The notes under the pieces: generated by a model
Seen by the model: the letters and a program-made list of their open reading frames with translations, nothing else
What the model was told of the DNA's origin: nothing
The model's database searches: none
Translations under genes and position numbers: made by a program
Source of the DNA: Eledone cirrhosa
Lineage: Eukaryota
Assembly (NCBI GenBank): GCA_964016885.1
Contig: OZ024740.1
Coordinates: forward strand, 295,058,001 to 295,122,000
Length of the DNA: 64,000 nt
Direction: 5' to 3'
Shown: positions 53,259 to 64,000 of the stretch, one piece after another
Layout: every line of letters starts with the position of its first letter
How positions within the stretch are numbered: the stretch's first letter is position 1

Positions 53259-53787
53259 AGTCCATTGTCATGATCAAACCGCCACCCTCCTTCAAAAACG
53301 AAGGAGAGGCGGTTTTCCTTTGTGTGATAGCTATGGCGAAAGAGGTTGTATGGTGGACAAGGTTGAAAGGGCTGAGGTCAGACACCTTTTTCTCCGGCCA
53401 ACAACTGATTCTTTTTTTCAAATACCACTTTGGAAGAAGAATCAGGATGGAGAGAGAGGTGCTGTACCCCAGCAAGTTTTATGAAAGGTGGGTGAAAGTG
53501 GCGAGAATGGCCCGAGTGAATGGGCCTTCTCTCTATATCAGCCTGTAGATTGAGGAAAAGGAGGAGGAGAGGAAAGGAGTACAAGCTCTTCGTACTCCTG
53601 AAGATGAGGGTTGCACATTTTTTTCGGGGGTATGTGTTACCCATATAAACTGTCTCCCTCTATTGGGGAAAATCGACTAACTTTTAAATTCCATCTGTGA
53701 TAACATTTTACACGTTTTTATTGTATGTAAACTTCCCCCTTTGTATTTGTCCCCTTCTTTTGTGCCCCTGTGGCTAATAAAGAAATA
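53259..53787 (+). mobile_element. Tx1 subfamily A, severely 5'-truncated copy (copy 2)
   Basis: near-identical to 58407-58935 (about 4 substitutions seen); (TATC)n on both sides. Confidence 0.95.
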
Positions 53788-53812
53788 TATCTATCTATCT
53801 ATCTATCTATCT

Positions 53813-55225
53813 TTCAGCATCAATTCTCCGGTAGAAATTCGCAAGGAAACTGCTCTCAAAACGATAGTTTTTAGGACAGTTTCCAATTCTACCCGAAAAC
53901 CAGTCCAATTGTCACAGAAAGATATTGAACTGGTTTTCAAAGATTCAATGAATGATATTGCATTCATTCAAAGAAGCAAACTTTTTGGGAGTATTTCGGT
54001 ACTGATGAAGGATCAATTGACGGCCCAAAATTACTCTGTGTCGCCAATTGTATCCAACCTGTACACCTTTTTCCCTACATACATGGGAAAAAGGACACAA
54101 AAGATCAGAATCACAAGTGTCACACCAAAGGTGAACATATGGTGGATACTGTGCGGCTTCATCAATTTTGATGAAGACAGAATACTGTCAGTAGGCAAGT
54201 CCCCCAGAGATGTATTCAATGGGACTAGCATTGAAGTTCTGGTGCAAATGAGCCCAGAGCGAATAGCTATGATCCCACAGCGTGTACTCCTGGACGGACT
54301 TACCTACATAAACCTTTCGGTTGAGGGTAGGCGGCCTTCATGTTACCATTGCTTTAGCAGGGGTCACCTGAGGGCTTCCTGTCCTAAACTAATGAACCAA
54401 AAAAAGGCTCTTCTGCCAACACCCATCAAAACAACACAACCACCAACACCACCACCACAACAACAACACCAACACACAAAAATAACCACAACAAACACAG
54501 TCCCACCCAACCTCACTCCACCTAAAACCACTGCAAAATCACATACAGACACAACAGCTCCCCAAGACATACCCCTCCCCAATCACACAGACGATACAAC
54601 AGATGAGGCTATCTCGCCATCACCCAGTGAAGACGAGGGAGAACCCCATCGCTCGAAAAGAAAGAAAAGACATCACAAAAGCAAAAAACCAGCAAACACT
54701 ACCACAAACATACAACCACCAACACAAACAACAAAAATATCACAAACAAAACCCCCACCTCCTGAAAACAAAATACCTACAACAAAACGAAAGCACACAC
54801 AAGAACTACAGACAAAAACAAACACAACACAAGAAAATTACACTTACACTTACATAAACACTGAAAACAAAACACTAATGGAGACCATTACGAACGACCC
54901 TTCGGTTTTCACCGAAGGGAAAACTTTCGCCCACTCTATAAAAAATAGCAAAAAAATGAACCTAAAACTGATTAGGGTCCCTATACAAACTTATAGGTCC
55001 CTAAAAGAAACATTTGAGAAGGATGTGGGGAATTCCTGCGTGAAACCACTCAACCGCGTCCTTCTCAAATACCTCCCCACCCCAGACACCCCCATTCCAC
55101 CAGACCCCACCCCACCAAACATCTGCGTCCCCACCCCGCCGGAAACCACCACCCATCCAGACAACCCCTCCAACACCCCCATGGAAATCGTGCGGCCTGG
55201 TCCCCAGGAGGCGAAGGGTGAGTGA
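53813..55225 (+). CDS. Tx1 ORF1, N-terminally truncated (CCHC knuckle, Pro/Thr-rich linker)
   Basis: open frame; CYHCFSRGHLRASC; homologous to subfamily B ORF1. Confidence 0.8.
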   Translation, partial: FSINSPVEIRKETALKTIVFRTVSNSTRKPVQLSQKDIELVFKDSMNDIAFIQRSKLFGSISVLMKDQLTAQNYSVSPIVSNLYTFFPTYMGKRTQKIRITSVTPKVNIWWILCGFINFDEDRILSVGKSPRDVFNGTSIEVLVQMSPERIAMIPQRVLLDGLTYINLSVEGRRPSCYHCFSRGHLRASCPKLMNQKKALLPTPIKTTQPPTPPPQQQHQHTKITTTNTVPPNLTPPKTTAKSHTDTTAPQDIPLPNHTDDTTDEAISPSPSEDEGEPHRSKRKKRHHKSKKPANTTTNIQPPTQTTKISQTKPPPPENKIPTTKRKHTQELQTKTNTTQENYTYTYINTENKTLMETITNDPSVFTEGKTFAHSIKNSKKMNLKLIRVPIQTYRSLKETFEKDVGNSCVKPLNRVLLKYLPTPDTPIPPDPTPPNICVPTPPETTTHPDNPSNTPMEIVRPGPQEAKGE

Positions 55226-55258
55226 TCTCTTTTCCTCTTTTAACTTTTCAGCACCAAC

Positions 55259-58200
55259 ATGGCCAATATAAGAGTTGGATGTGTGAACGTACGCGGCCTG
55301 GGGATGCCCTGGAAACAGGGCAAACTCTTAAACGACCTCAGGTCACACAGTTTGGATGTGGTAGCCATTTGCGAGTCCAGGATCCACGGCGAGCGACAGC
55401 TGGCCCCCATCTTCGATGACTTTGAAATCTACGCATCTCTCTGTCAACCGGGGGGTGGGGGCGGAGTTGCCGTTTTGCTGCGGAAACACCTGGGCCTCGT
55501 AACACAGACGGTACATCTGGACCCGGAGGGTCGACTGGTGGTCCTAGACGTTGACGGTAGTGAAGGTGGAGCCTTCAGGCTGGTGGCCGCATATGCCCCA
55601 TCCGGGACACCGCGGCCAGACTTCTTCAAACGTCTAGAGACTTTTCTGGGAACGTCCCGCTCCTTGCTTTTAGTGGGGGACTGGAATGGAATCCTAGATG
55701 CACGTTGGGACTATGTGGGAGCATGTCCCGACAAAGGGGGGTGTAACAGCCTCAAACAGTTAATCGACCGATTTGACCTGGCCGATAGATATCGACTAGA
55801 TTTTCCGACTGCGCCAATGTGGACGTGGAGTAATCGTAGCGGAACATCTAGATCGTACCTAGATAGGGTTCTAGTTAGAAATAAGGATAGGGACATGTTA
55901 AGCTGTCCACAAATGTTCATGGTTGCCTATTCAGATCACAAACTAGTGACCTGCATGGCCAACCTTGATAGAACCCATAGACAAGGACCCGGCTACTGGA
56001 AGCTGAACTTGTCGTTACCGACAAGCAAAGCCTACAGTAGACGGATTAGCACTTTAGTTAAACAGCACTTGACAGGGGCCATTGTCAACAACAGATGGTG
56101 GTACTCTCTCAAGAGGGCAGTTAGATTAGACTCGATAGTTTTTAGTAAAGAATTAGCGTTAGATAGAAATAGAACCGAGAAGGAACTGGTAGATAAAGTA
56201 GAAGAGGCAATTAGAAGTGGCAACGTAGCCAGCGTGCTAGCAACGAGAACGGCCTTGGACCAGTTCTTCGACGCAAAGCACGAGGGCTGCGTTGTCAGAA
56301 GCAAAATACGTGCTCTGGGAAACGAGGGAGCCAAAGCTGTTAGCTGGGCCCGGGTGACGGAGGCAAAAAGTGGCAACAAGTCCACGATTCGGTCTTTGAA
56401 GGACCAAAACGGACGCGTGATACGTGAGCCGAAGCAGATGTGTGCGGCTTTTCAGCGGCACTTTGCTCGGCTGTTCGGGGGGAGCAGCGCGCCGGGAGAG
56501 GCTATGGATTTCGGTCCATACCTCGACGGCCTACCGCGACTCTCGGACAGTGAGGCGAAGTTCTGCGAAAAGCCGATTTCAGCCACTGAGATAGGGGACG
56601 CGCTGAGCCAATGCGGCAAACGCAAATCTCCAGGTCTCGACGGTCTACCCTACGAATTTTACGTAGCAATGCCGGACTTATTCTCCGGTCTCCTGGAAGC
56701 GGTCTACTGCAACTGGCAACAGAACGGGAGAATTCCCAGTTCTGTAACCGGGGGCGTGGTCACACTAATCAGGAAGGACGAGAATAAGGGGGATGACATA
56801 GGCAACTTCCGGCCCATAACTCTGCTAAACACAGAGTTACAGATTTTGGCCAAGGTGTTGGCAAAGAGGCTGGCGCTTGTCGTCGAGAACCTGGTGGGAG
56901 AAGCGCAGACATGCGCGATCCCGACCAGGTCCATACACGACAACCTCCACCTCATGCGATACATCATAGAGAGGGTAGGGTGTAAACTCGGCTTCGGTGG
57001 GGCCCTGATCAACTTGGATCAGTCTAAGGCTTTCGATAGGGTTGACCATCGTTACCTGGATGCGGTGCTCGAGGCGGCAGGCTTCGGACCCGTGTTCAGG
57101 GGCTGGATTGCTGCAATGCACAACAGCAACATCTGCTCAAGGGTCAAGGTGAACGGTTACCTCTCGGAGCCGTTCCATATTACGCGATCCATTCGACAGG
57201 GATGCCCTCTCTCCTCCCTTCTGTACGTACTGACTCTCGAGCCACTACTGCGGAAGCTGGAGCTATTGCAGGGCATCCCTCTGGAACCGGGACTGCGGAA
57301 AGCGGCGTCGGCCTACGCCGACGACGTGACAGTAATGGTGTCGAGCGCCTCGCAAATCGAGGAAGTCGGCACCTTACTAAAGGAATACGAAAGTCTCACA
57401 GGAGCGAAGCTGAACCGGGACAAGTCCATCGGTTTGCAACTCGGATCGTGGAGAGGCAGACCGATGCCTTCCGATGGCGTCGTCGGACGCTGGACGGAAG
57501 GACCGGTAAAGCTGCTCGGGGTCTGGTTTGGTCCGGACCTCCAGGTGGAGAAGAACTGGAACGAAGTGACGGCCAAGGTGTTTGCACTCACCCAGAAGTG
57601 GGCCGAGTGCAAACTATCCTTGAAAGGTCGAGCGGAGGTGGCGAACACTTTTATAGCGTCCGCCATCTACTACCGCTTGACCGTCGTGCCTTGTCCAGCC
57701 AAAACGCTCGCCAAAATGGAGCGCGCCCTCTTCCGATTCCTTTGGAAGAGGCGGGCTCCTTTGGTAAGAAGATCCATCTGCTGCCAACACCCTTCTAACG
57801 GAGGGCTGGGGATGCCGTGGTTGACGATGCGCAAACACGCGCTCAGGCTGCGGCATCTCTACGTATTCCTCACCGGACAACCGGTGTGGGCCCCGTTCGT
57901 GAGGCGAGCCTTCCCACGACTCGTCTCGCTGACCGAGCTGCAGTCCTGGGTCAAGCAGAGACCGAGGAAAATGGGCGACTGGCACATCGAATGTGCTCAG
58001 GCGCTCACAGCCCTCTGGCAGGCGGACCCAGCGATCAGTGGAGACTCCACTTCGTCATTCTATAGAGGGTTGGTCCGCAGCAAGTGCGACGACGCGCTCG
58101 GTGAAACTCTAGGCGTGGAGGAAGATGAACTGGCCAGTCTGTTCGGTAGGACCTTCAGCCCGGGACCGATGGACAACTTCCAAAAGTCCCTGGCCTGGCA

Positions 58201-58696
58201 GTGCTACCGAGGAGCTCTACCAGTTCGAGACAAGCTCTACAGACATGGGCGCCCGGGCAGGGACCCTGCAAAAAAGATCTGTCCGAGGTGCGTGCGAGAC
58301 GAAGAAACCGTCGCGCACGCATTCATACACTGCCCGGGCGTCACTGACCTGTGGGGATATGTAGAACGACTATTGTCGCGGGTGGGACCAATCCAGTTGA
58401 CCACCGAGTCCATTGTCATGATCAAACCGCCACCCTCCTTCAAAAACGAAGGAGAGGCGGTTTTCCTTTGTGTGATAGCTATGGCGAAAGAGGTTGTATG
58501 GTGGACAAGGTTGAAAGGGCTGAGGTCAGACACCTTTCTCTCCGGCCAACAACTGATTCTTTTTTTCAAATACCACTTTGGAAGAAGAATCAGGATGGAG
58601 AGAGAGGTGCTGTACCCCAGCAAGTTTTATGAAAGGTGGGTGAAAGTGGCGAGAATGGCCCGAGTGAATGGGCCTTCTCTCTATATCAGCCTGTAG
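55259..58696 (+). CDS. Tx1 ORF2: APE endonuclease + reverse transcriptase + C-terminal CCHC, intact
   Basis: CVNVRGL, ICES, AAYAP, VGDWN, SYLDRVL, SDH; KSPGLDG, FRPITLLN, DQSKAFDRV, IRQGCPLS, AYADD; CPRC-x8-H-x4-C. Confidence 0.97.
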   Translation: MANIRVGCVNVRGLGMPWKQGKLLNDLRSHSLDVVAICESRIHGERQLAPIFDDFEIYASLCQPGGGGGVAVLLRKHLGLVTQTVHLDPEGRLVVLDVDGSEGGAFRLVAAYAPSGTPRPDFFKRLETFLGTSRSLLLVGDWNGILDARWDYVGACPDKGGCNSLKQLIDRFDLADRYRLDFPTAPMWTWSNRSGTSRSYLDRVLVRNKDRDMLSCPQMFMVAYSDHKLVTCMANLDRTHRQGPGYWKLNLSLPTSKAYSRRISTLVKQHLTGAIVNNRWWYSLKRAVRLDSIVFSKELALDRNRTEKELVDKVEEAIRSGNVASVLATRTALDQFFDAKHEGCVVRSKIRALGNEGAKAVSWARVTEAKSGNKSTIRSLKDQNGRVIREPKQMCAAFQRHFARLFGGSSAPGEAMDFGPYLDGLPRLSDSEAKFCEKPISATEIGDALSQCGKRKSPGLDGLPYEFYVAMPDLFSGLLEAVYCNWQQNGRIPSSVTGGVVTLIRKDENKGDDIGNFRPITLLNTELQILAKVLAKRLALVVENLVGEAQTCAIPTRSIHDNLHLMRYIIERVGCKLGFGGALINLDQSKAFDRVDHRYLDAVLEAAGFGPVFRGWIAAMHNSNICSRVKVNGYLSEPFHITRSIRQGCPLSSLLYVLTLEPLLRKLELLQGIPLEPGLRKAASAYADDVTVMVSSASQIEEVGTLLKEYESLTGAKLNRDKSIGLQLGSWRGRPMPSDGVVGRWTEGPVKLLGVWFGPDLQVEKNWNEVTAKVFALTQKWAECKLSLKGRAEVANTFIASAIYYRLTVVPCPAKTLAKMERALFRFLWKRRAPLVRRSICCQHPSNGGLGMPWLTMRKHALRLRHLYVFLTGQPVWAPFVRRAFPRLVSLTELQSWVKQRPRKMGDWHIECAQALTALWQADPAISGDSTSSFYRGLVRSKCDDALGETLGVEEDELASLFGRTFSPGPMDNFQKSLAWQCYRGALPVRDKLYRHGRPGRDPAKKICPRCVRDEETVAHAFIHCPGVTDLWGYVERLLSRVGPIQLTTESIVMIKPPPSFKNEGEAVFLCVIAMAKEVVWWTRLKGLRSDTFLSGQQLILFFKYHFGRRIRMEREVLYPSKFYERWVKVARMARVNGPSLYISL

Positions 58697-58935
58697 GTTG
58701 AGGAAAAGGAGGAGGAGAGGAAAGGAGTACAAGCTCTTCGTACTCCTGGAGATGAGGGTTGCACATTTTTTTCGGGGGTCTGTGTTACCCATATAAACTG
58801 TCTCCCTCTATTGGGGAAAATCGACTAACTTTTAAATTCCATCTGTGATAACATTTTACACGTTTTTATTGTATGTAAACTTCCCCCTTTGTATTTGTCC
58901 CCTTCTTTTGTGCCCCTGTGGCTAATAAAGAAATA

Positions 58936-59003
<68 letters not shown>

Positions 59004-59233
59004 AATCTAGCTGTCGTCTGTTCTACAGTGTGGATGTCATTCACTTCGCACAGAAGTTTTGTTCAAATTTATTGAGGAAATTTTGTGAGTTCAAACTTTA
59101 TTTTGATACAATTGTGTAGCTTGACCCTCCGTCTGAACTGTCAGGCGGTGGGTCAGCTCATCTTTACCCCTCCTAGAGGTGAAAAACCTGTTTTAAAAAA
59201 TTTTGTGTAAAAAATTTCAATCGTCTAACAGAA

Positions 59234-61135
59234 ATGTTAAACGCAGCGAACGAAAATAGTGGTGGGGGGACAGCGGTAAGAGTTGTAAGCTCGCACGCTT
59301 TAGTCCTCCCTTCCTTCCCAACTAACGTCATAGAGAAGGAAGGAAAAATGAAAATAAAAACGGACGAATCTGCGGAGAAAAAATTAAATGACGAAAACAT
59401 AAATCTGGACTTGGATTCCAACAACGAAAAAAAAAAATTTGAAAAATTGCATGACAATACTAATAACACAAACAAAGACACAACAAACAAAAAAATAACA
59501 GTTGAAAATAACACCATATCAGAAAACAAAGCAGACGACAAGATCTCATTTGCACAGAAAACAAAGAAATCTTTGACTTATATAGCGGAAAACACTTCAG
59601 ATGTGGTACGAAGGATCACGGACGCAAAACAATACATAAGTGAAGGTGAGAATGGTATTTTATTGGTAAAAATGCCTCAAGAATTCACGAAAGACATTGA
59701 AAGCCGAACGGTCAAGTTTCGGACCATCAACAACAGTACAAAAAAACCTGAACAGCCTTCTCAAGCAGATATCAAAACAGTACTCACAGAAGTACTGAAT
59801 GAAACAACTTTCATAAGAAAAGACAGACTGTATGGAAGCCTAGCAATTATCATGAAGAACGAATCGGTGGCAAAAAAATGTGCTTTGTCACCGATTCGTT
59901 CGAAAAATTTCACCTTTTATCCATCTTATATGGGAAAAAAAACTCAACGCATATGGCTGGATGCAATGATGCCAGATGTGGACTACTGCTGGCTCATAGC
60001 TGGCTTCATCGATCCAGTGAATGACAACGTGATTTCCATTGGGAAAACCACAGGCAATGCGTTCAGTGGAACAGGTATAGAGCTGGTAGTACAAATGAAG
60101 CCTGAACGCATCGCCCAAATACCCGACAGAATCCTATTAGAGGACCACGGGTATATAAACATTAGCGTGGAGGGGAGAAGGCCGTCCTGCCATATCTGTG
60201 CAGGCAGAGGGCACCTGAAGGCCGCTTGTCCCCAACTCAACAAAAAGAAAACCCTGCTACCAACACCAGCTCCACCACCACCACCACAATAGATAAACAA
60301 ACAACAAAACTCAGTCCCACCCAACCCGTCCCTCAGTAAAACCACAACACCACCACAACACAAACAGTCACAACACATTACCCCAAAACAAAATACAGGC
60401 CCACCCAACCTCTCACTCAATAAAACAACACAACCACCGCAGACACAACACACAACACAGTCTAACATAGTGACATCCATCTCCCCCACAAAGAAAACCA
60501 ACACGGAAACATTACCAGCAAACATACCTCTTCCCTCCAACACTGAAGATAACCCAACGAATTCGGAGGAAGAAACGGAGTCCTTCAGACAGATTAAAAG
60601 GAAAAAAAGAAAACATGTGCAAAACACACAAGGACAAACAACCCCCACCCAAATCGCAACACAATCCAACAAAACAGAAAACACCCCTCCAGCAACAAAC
60701 AAAACCAAACCTGCCCCTCCCCTCTTCGAAACACTCACACCATCGGAAAAAAAGACATTACACTATACTTACATCAACAGAAACAATAATAAATTAAATG
60801 AACTCATATACAATAATCCTTCGGTACAAACCGAAGGTGTAAACTTTGTTTCGTCAGAAAACCACCCACATTTAAAACTAATAAAAATCCCAATGAACCT
60901 CTACCAAAAACTAAAAAAGGATTTTAAGGAGGACGTAGGACCACCCTCTGTCAAACCCATAAACCGCGTCCTACTAAAAAGCTTTCCCCCTCCCCTTCCC
61001 CTCCCCAACACAACTCCAAACACCCCAACCCCACCACACACTGACGACCCCACACCACCACAAGACACCCCTTCACCCAACACCCCCGACCCCATGGAAG
61101 TCGTGCAACCCGAACCCCGGGAAGCGGAAAGGTAG
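59234..61135 (+). pseudogene. Tx1 ORF1 (~633 codons) with one premature stop at 60290-60292
   Basis: ORFs 59234-60292 and 60470-61135 are in the same frame; TAG here corresponds to CAG in copy 1; CCHC knuckle. Confidence 0.88.
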
Positions 61136-61168
61136 GTCTCTACACTCTCCTTTGGCTCTGCCGCCCAC

Positions 61169-64000
61169 ATGGATGTGTTAAGAGTAGGATGTTTGAATGC
61201 ACGTGGCCTGGGCTCAACTTGGAAGCAAGCAAAGCTTCTAAATGACCTCAGGTCATGTAGTATAAATGTAATGGTTATCTGTGAGACTCGAATCAGCGTC
61301 ATGCGGCAGCTGGCCCCCACCTTCGATGACTTTGAGGTGCATGCATCTCTCTGTCAACCTGGAGGTGGGGGTGGGGTTGTCGTACTGCTGCAAAAACACC
61401 TGGGTCTTGCCGTACAGGTTGTGCACTCGGACCCGGAGGGTCGTTTGTTGGTGCTAGACGTTGGCAGTAGTGAAAGTGCGGCCTTGAGACTGGTCGCCGT
61501 CTACTCCCCTTTCGGAGCTGAACGGCCCGACTTCTTCCAGCGTTTGGAGACTTTTCTGGGAACGTCGCGTTCCCTGCTTCTAGCGGGGGATTGGAATGAC
61601 ATCCTGGATGCACGTTGGGACTATGCAGGAGCATGTCCTAATAGAGGGGGGTGTAACAGCCTCAAGGGGTTACTCGACCGTTTTAACTTGGTCGATAGAT
61701 ATCGACTAGATTTTCCAACTGTGCCTACCTGGACTTGGAGAAACCACAGTGGTCAATCTAGATCGTACTTAGATAGATTCTTAGTTAGAAGTAAGGATAG
61801 GGACATATTAAGCTGTCCAGAAATGCGCACGGTTGGCTACACGGATCACAAATTAGTGACCTGCGTGGTCAATCTCGAGAAAACACATAGACAGGGTCCC
61901 GGTTACTGGAAACTTAATTTGTCTTTACCGGCAAAAGAGACTTACAGAAACCGGATTAGCAGATTAGTTAAGGAGAGGTTGACGGGTGCAATCGTCAACA
62001 ACCGATGGTGGGCATCTCTCAAAAGAGAGATTAGAACAGAATCAATAAGTTATAGCAAGATGTTAGCTGCCGATAGGAATAGAAACGAGAAAGAATTAAC
62101 AGGTAAATTAGAAGAGGCAATCAAGAGCGAAGATGTGGCCAGAGTGCTGGCATCGAGGACGGCCTTGAACCAGTTTTTCGATGCAAAGCATGAAGGCTGC
62201 GTCATTCGAAGTAAAATACGTGCTCTAGGTAATGAGGGGGCCAAAGCCGTTGGATGGGCCCGCGTGACAGAAGCTAAGAGTGGAAATCGATCCACCATCC
62301 GGTCGTTGCAAGACGAAGATGGACGAGTGATCCGGGAGCCTAAGCAGATGTGCGAGGCCTTTCAAAAGCACTTTGCCCGATTGTTCGGGGGAGGCGAGGG
62401 TCCGGGCCGGGGCGTGGATTTCGGTCCATACCTCGACGGCCTGCCGCGTCTCTCGAACAAAGAGGCAGAGTCCTGCGAGGGACCAATCTCGGCTGATGAG
62501 ATCGGGGATGCGCTGAGCCAATGCAGCAGACGCAAATCTCCAGGTCTCGATGGTATACCTTACGAACTTTATTTAGCAATGCCGGTCTTCTTCTCCGAAC
62601 TCCTCGAAGCGGTCTACTGCAATTGGCAGCAGAACGGGAGAATTCCTTGTTCTGTAGCCAAGGGCGTAGTCACGCTGGTGAGGAAGGACGAGAACAAGGG
62701 GGATAGTATAAATAATTTTCGGCCCATAACCCTGCTAAACACAGAGTTAAAGATTTTGGCCAAGGTGTTAGCAAAGAGGTTGGCGCTTGTCGTGGGTGGC
62801 CTGGTGGGAGATGCGCAGACATGTGCTATCCCATCCAGGTCCATTCACGATAACCTCCACCTCATGCGATACATCATAGAGAGGGTTGGCAACAAACCCG
62901 GCTTCGGTGGGGCCCTGATTAACTTGGATCAGTCTAAGGCCTTCGATAGGGTCGACCATGGTTACCTGGATGCGGTGCTAGCGGCGGCTGGGTTCGGTCC
63001 TGTTTTCAGAGGCTGGATCACTGCCCTACATAGCAACCACATCTGTTCTAGGATCAAGGTGAACGGCTACCTTTCGAAGCCGTTCGAAATCACACGATCC
63101 ATTCGACAGGGGTGCCCTCTCTCCTCCCTTCTGTACGTATTGACTCTCAAGCCTTTACTGAGGAAGTTGGAGTTGTTGCAGGGTATCCCCCTGGAACCAG
63201 GATTGAGCAAAGCGGTGTCGGCCTACGCCGATGACGTAACAGTAATGGTATCAACCGACTCGGAGATCGAGGCGATCGGTACCTTACTGGAGGAGTACGA
63301 AAGGTTGTCAGGAGCGAAACTGAACCGGGAAAAATCCATCGGGCTGCAACTCGGAACGTGGAGAGGCAAACCGATGCCTCCTGACGGTGTCGTCGGACAC
63401 TGGACGGAGGACCCGGTAAAGTTGCTTGGGTCTGGTTTGGACCGGACCTCCAGGTGGAAAAGAACTGGAACGAGGTTACGAACAAGGTGTTTGCACTAAC
63501 CCAGAAATGGGCCAAGTGTAAGCTGTCCCTAAAAGGCCGGGCGGAGGTGGCGAACATTTACATAGCGTCCGTCACTTACTACCGCCTGACTGTCGTGCCT
63601 TGCCCTAAGGAAACACTCACCACCATGGAACGCATGCTCTTCCAATTTCTTTGGAAGAAGCGTCCTCCTATGGTGAGAAGATCCATCTGCTGCCAACAAC
63701 CTTCGAAAGGAGGGCTGGGGATGCCGTGGTTGATGATGCGTAGGCACGCATTAAGGCTACGGCACCTACAGGTATTCCTCACTGGTCAACCGGTGTGGGC
63801 TCCGTTTGTGAAACGAGCCTTTCCGAGACTCGTCTCACTCACCGAGCTACAGTCCTGGGTCAAGCAAAGATCCGGAAAACTGGGAGACTGGCACACTGAG
63901 TGTGCTCAGGCGCTCAGGGCTCTCTGGCAAGCGGGCCGGGCCATCGGTGGAGAATCCACCTCATCATTCTATAGAGGGCTGGTGGCTAGCAGGGGCGATG
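61169..64000 (+). pseudogene. Tx1 ORF2 (APE + RT), single -1 frameshift near 63428
   Basis: 776-aa ORF with all APE/RT motifs; TTGCTTGGGTC versus TTGCTTGGGGTC in copy 1 (could be a consensus error). Confidence 0.92.

Larger units (their letters stand above)
53813..58935 (+). mobile_element. Tx1 subfamily A LINE, 5'-truncated within ORF1, intact ORF2 (copy 3)
   Basis: ORF1 remainder, 33-nt spacer, 1145-aa ORF2, 3' UTR, AATAAA-GAAATA-(TATC)n. Confidence 0.96.
59004..64000 (+). mobile_element. Tx1 subfamily B LINE with full 5' end, running off the window (copy 4)
   Basis: 5' UTR matches 11332; starts right after the (TATC)n at 58936-59003. Confidence 0.96.

Noticed and set aside
53741-53812. 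N-terminus of the 494-aa ORF
   Set aside because: Chance in-frame read-through from the previous copy's 3' UTR and the TATC repeat (TTG start); not the real ORF1 start
55444-58623. Multiple antisense and alternative-frame ORFs within Tx1 ORF2
   Set aside because: Shadow ORFs of GC-rich coding sequence

Overview
AT-rich, microsatellite-dense eukaryotic (metazoan) intergenic or intronic DNA. The tRNA-SINE families and repeat content strongly resemble octopus/cephalopod DNA (inference). No host protein-coding gene can be supported; the window is essentially a retroelement and transposon landscape. Main contents: (1) four young Tx1/L1-clade LINE copies from two subfamilies, all bounded by (TATC)n, three of them in a head-to-tail array at 53.2-64 kb, one with an intact 1145-aa APE-RT ORF2; (2) a ~600-bp bipartite non-autonomous RTE-derived element, plus RTE and R4/Dong-like fragments, clustered in (TATG)n; (3) many Penelope-like remnants carrying about 14 intact or degenerate type-I hammerhead ribozyme motifs, including one element with inverted pLTRs and a 16-bp TSD, and one family with an unusually long, conserved stem II; (4) an ~850-bp inverted duplication (44.1-52.0 kb) enclosing a frameshifted hAT transposase; (5) tRNA-SINEs with TSDs, MITEs and mariner debris. 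Most short ORFs in the supplied track are microsatellite or antisense artefacts. All calls were made by eye; no database searches or folding programs were run.
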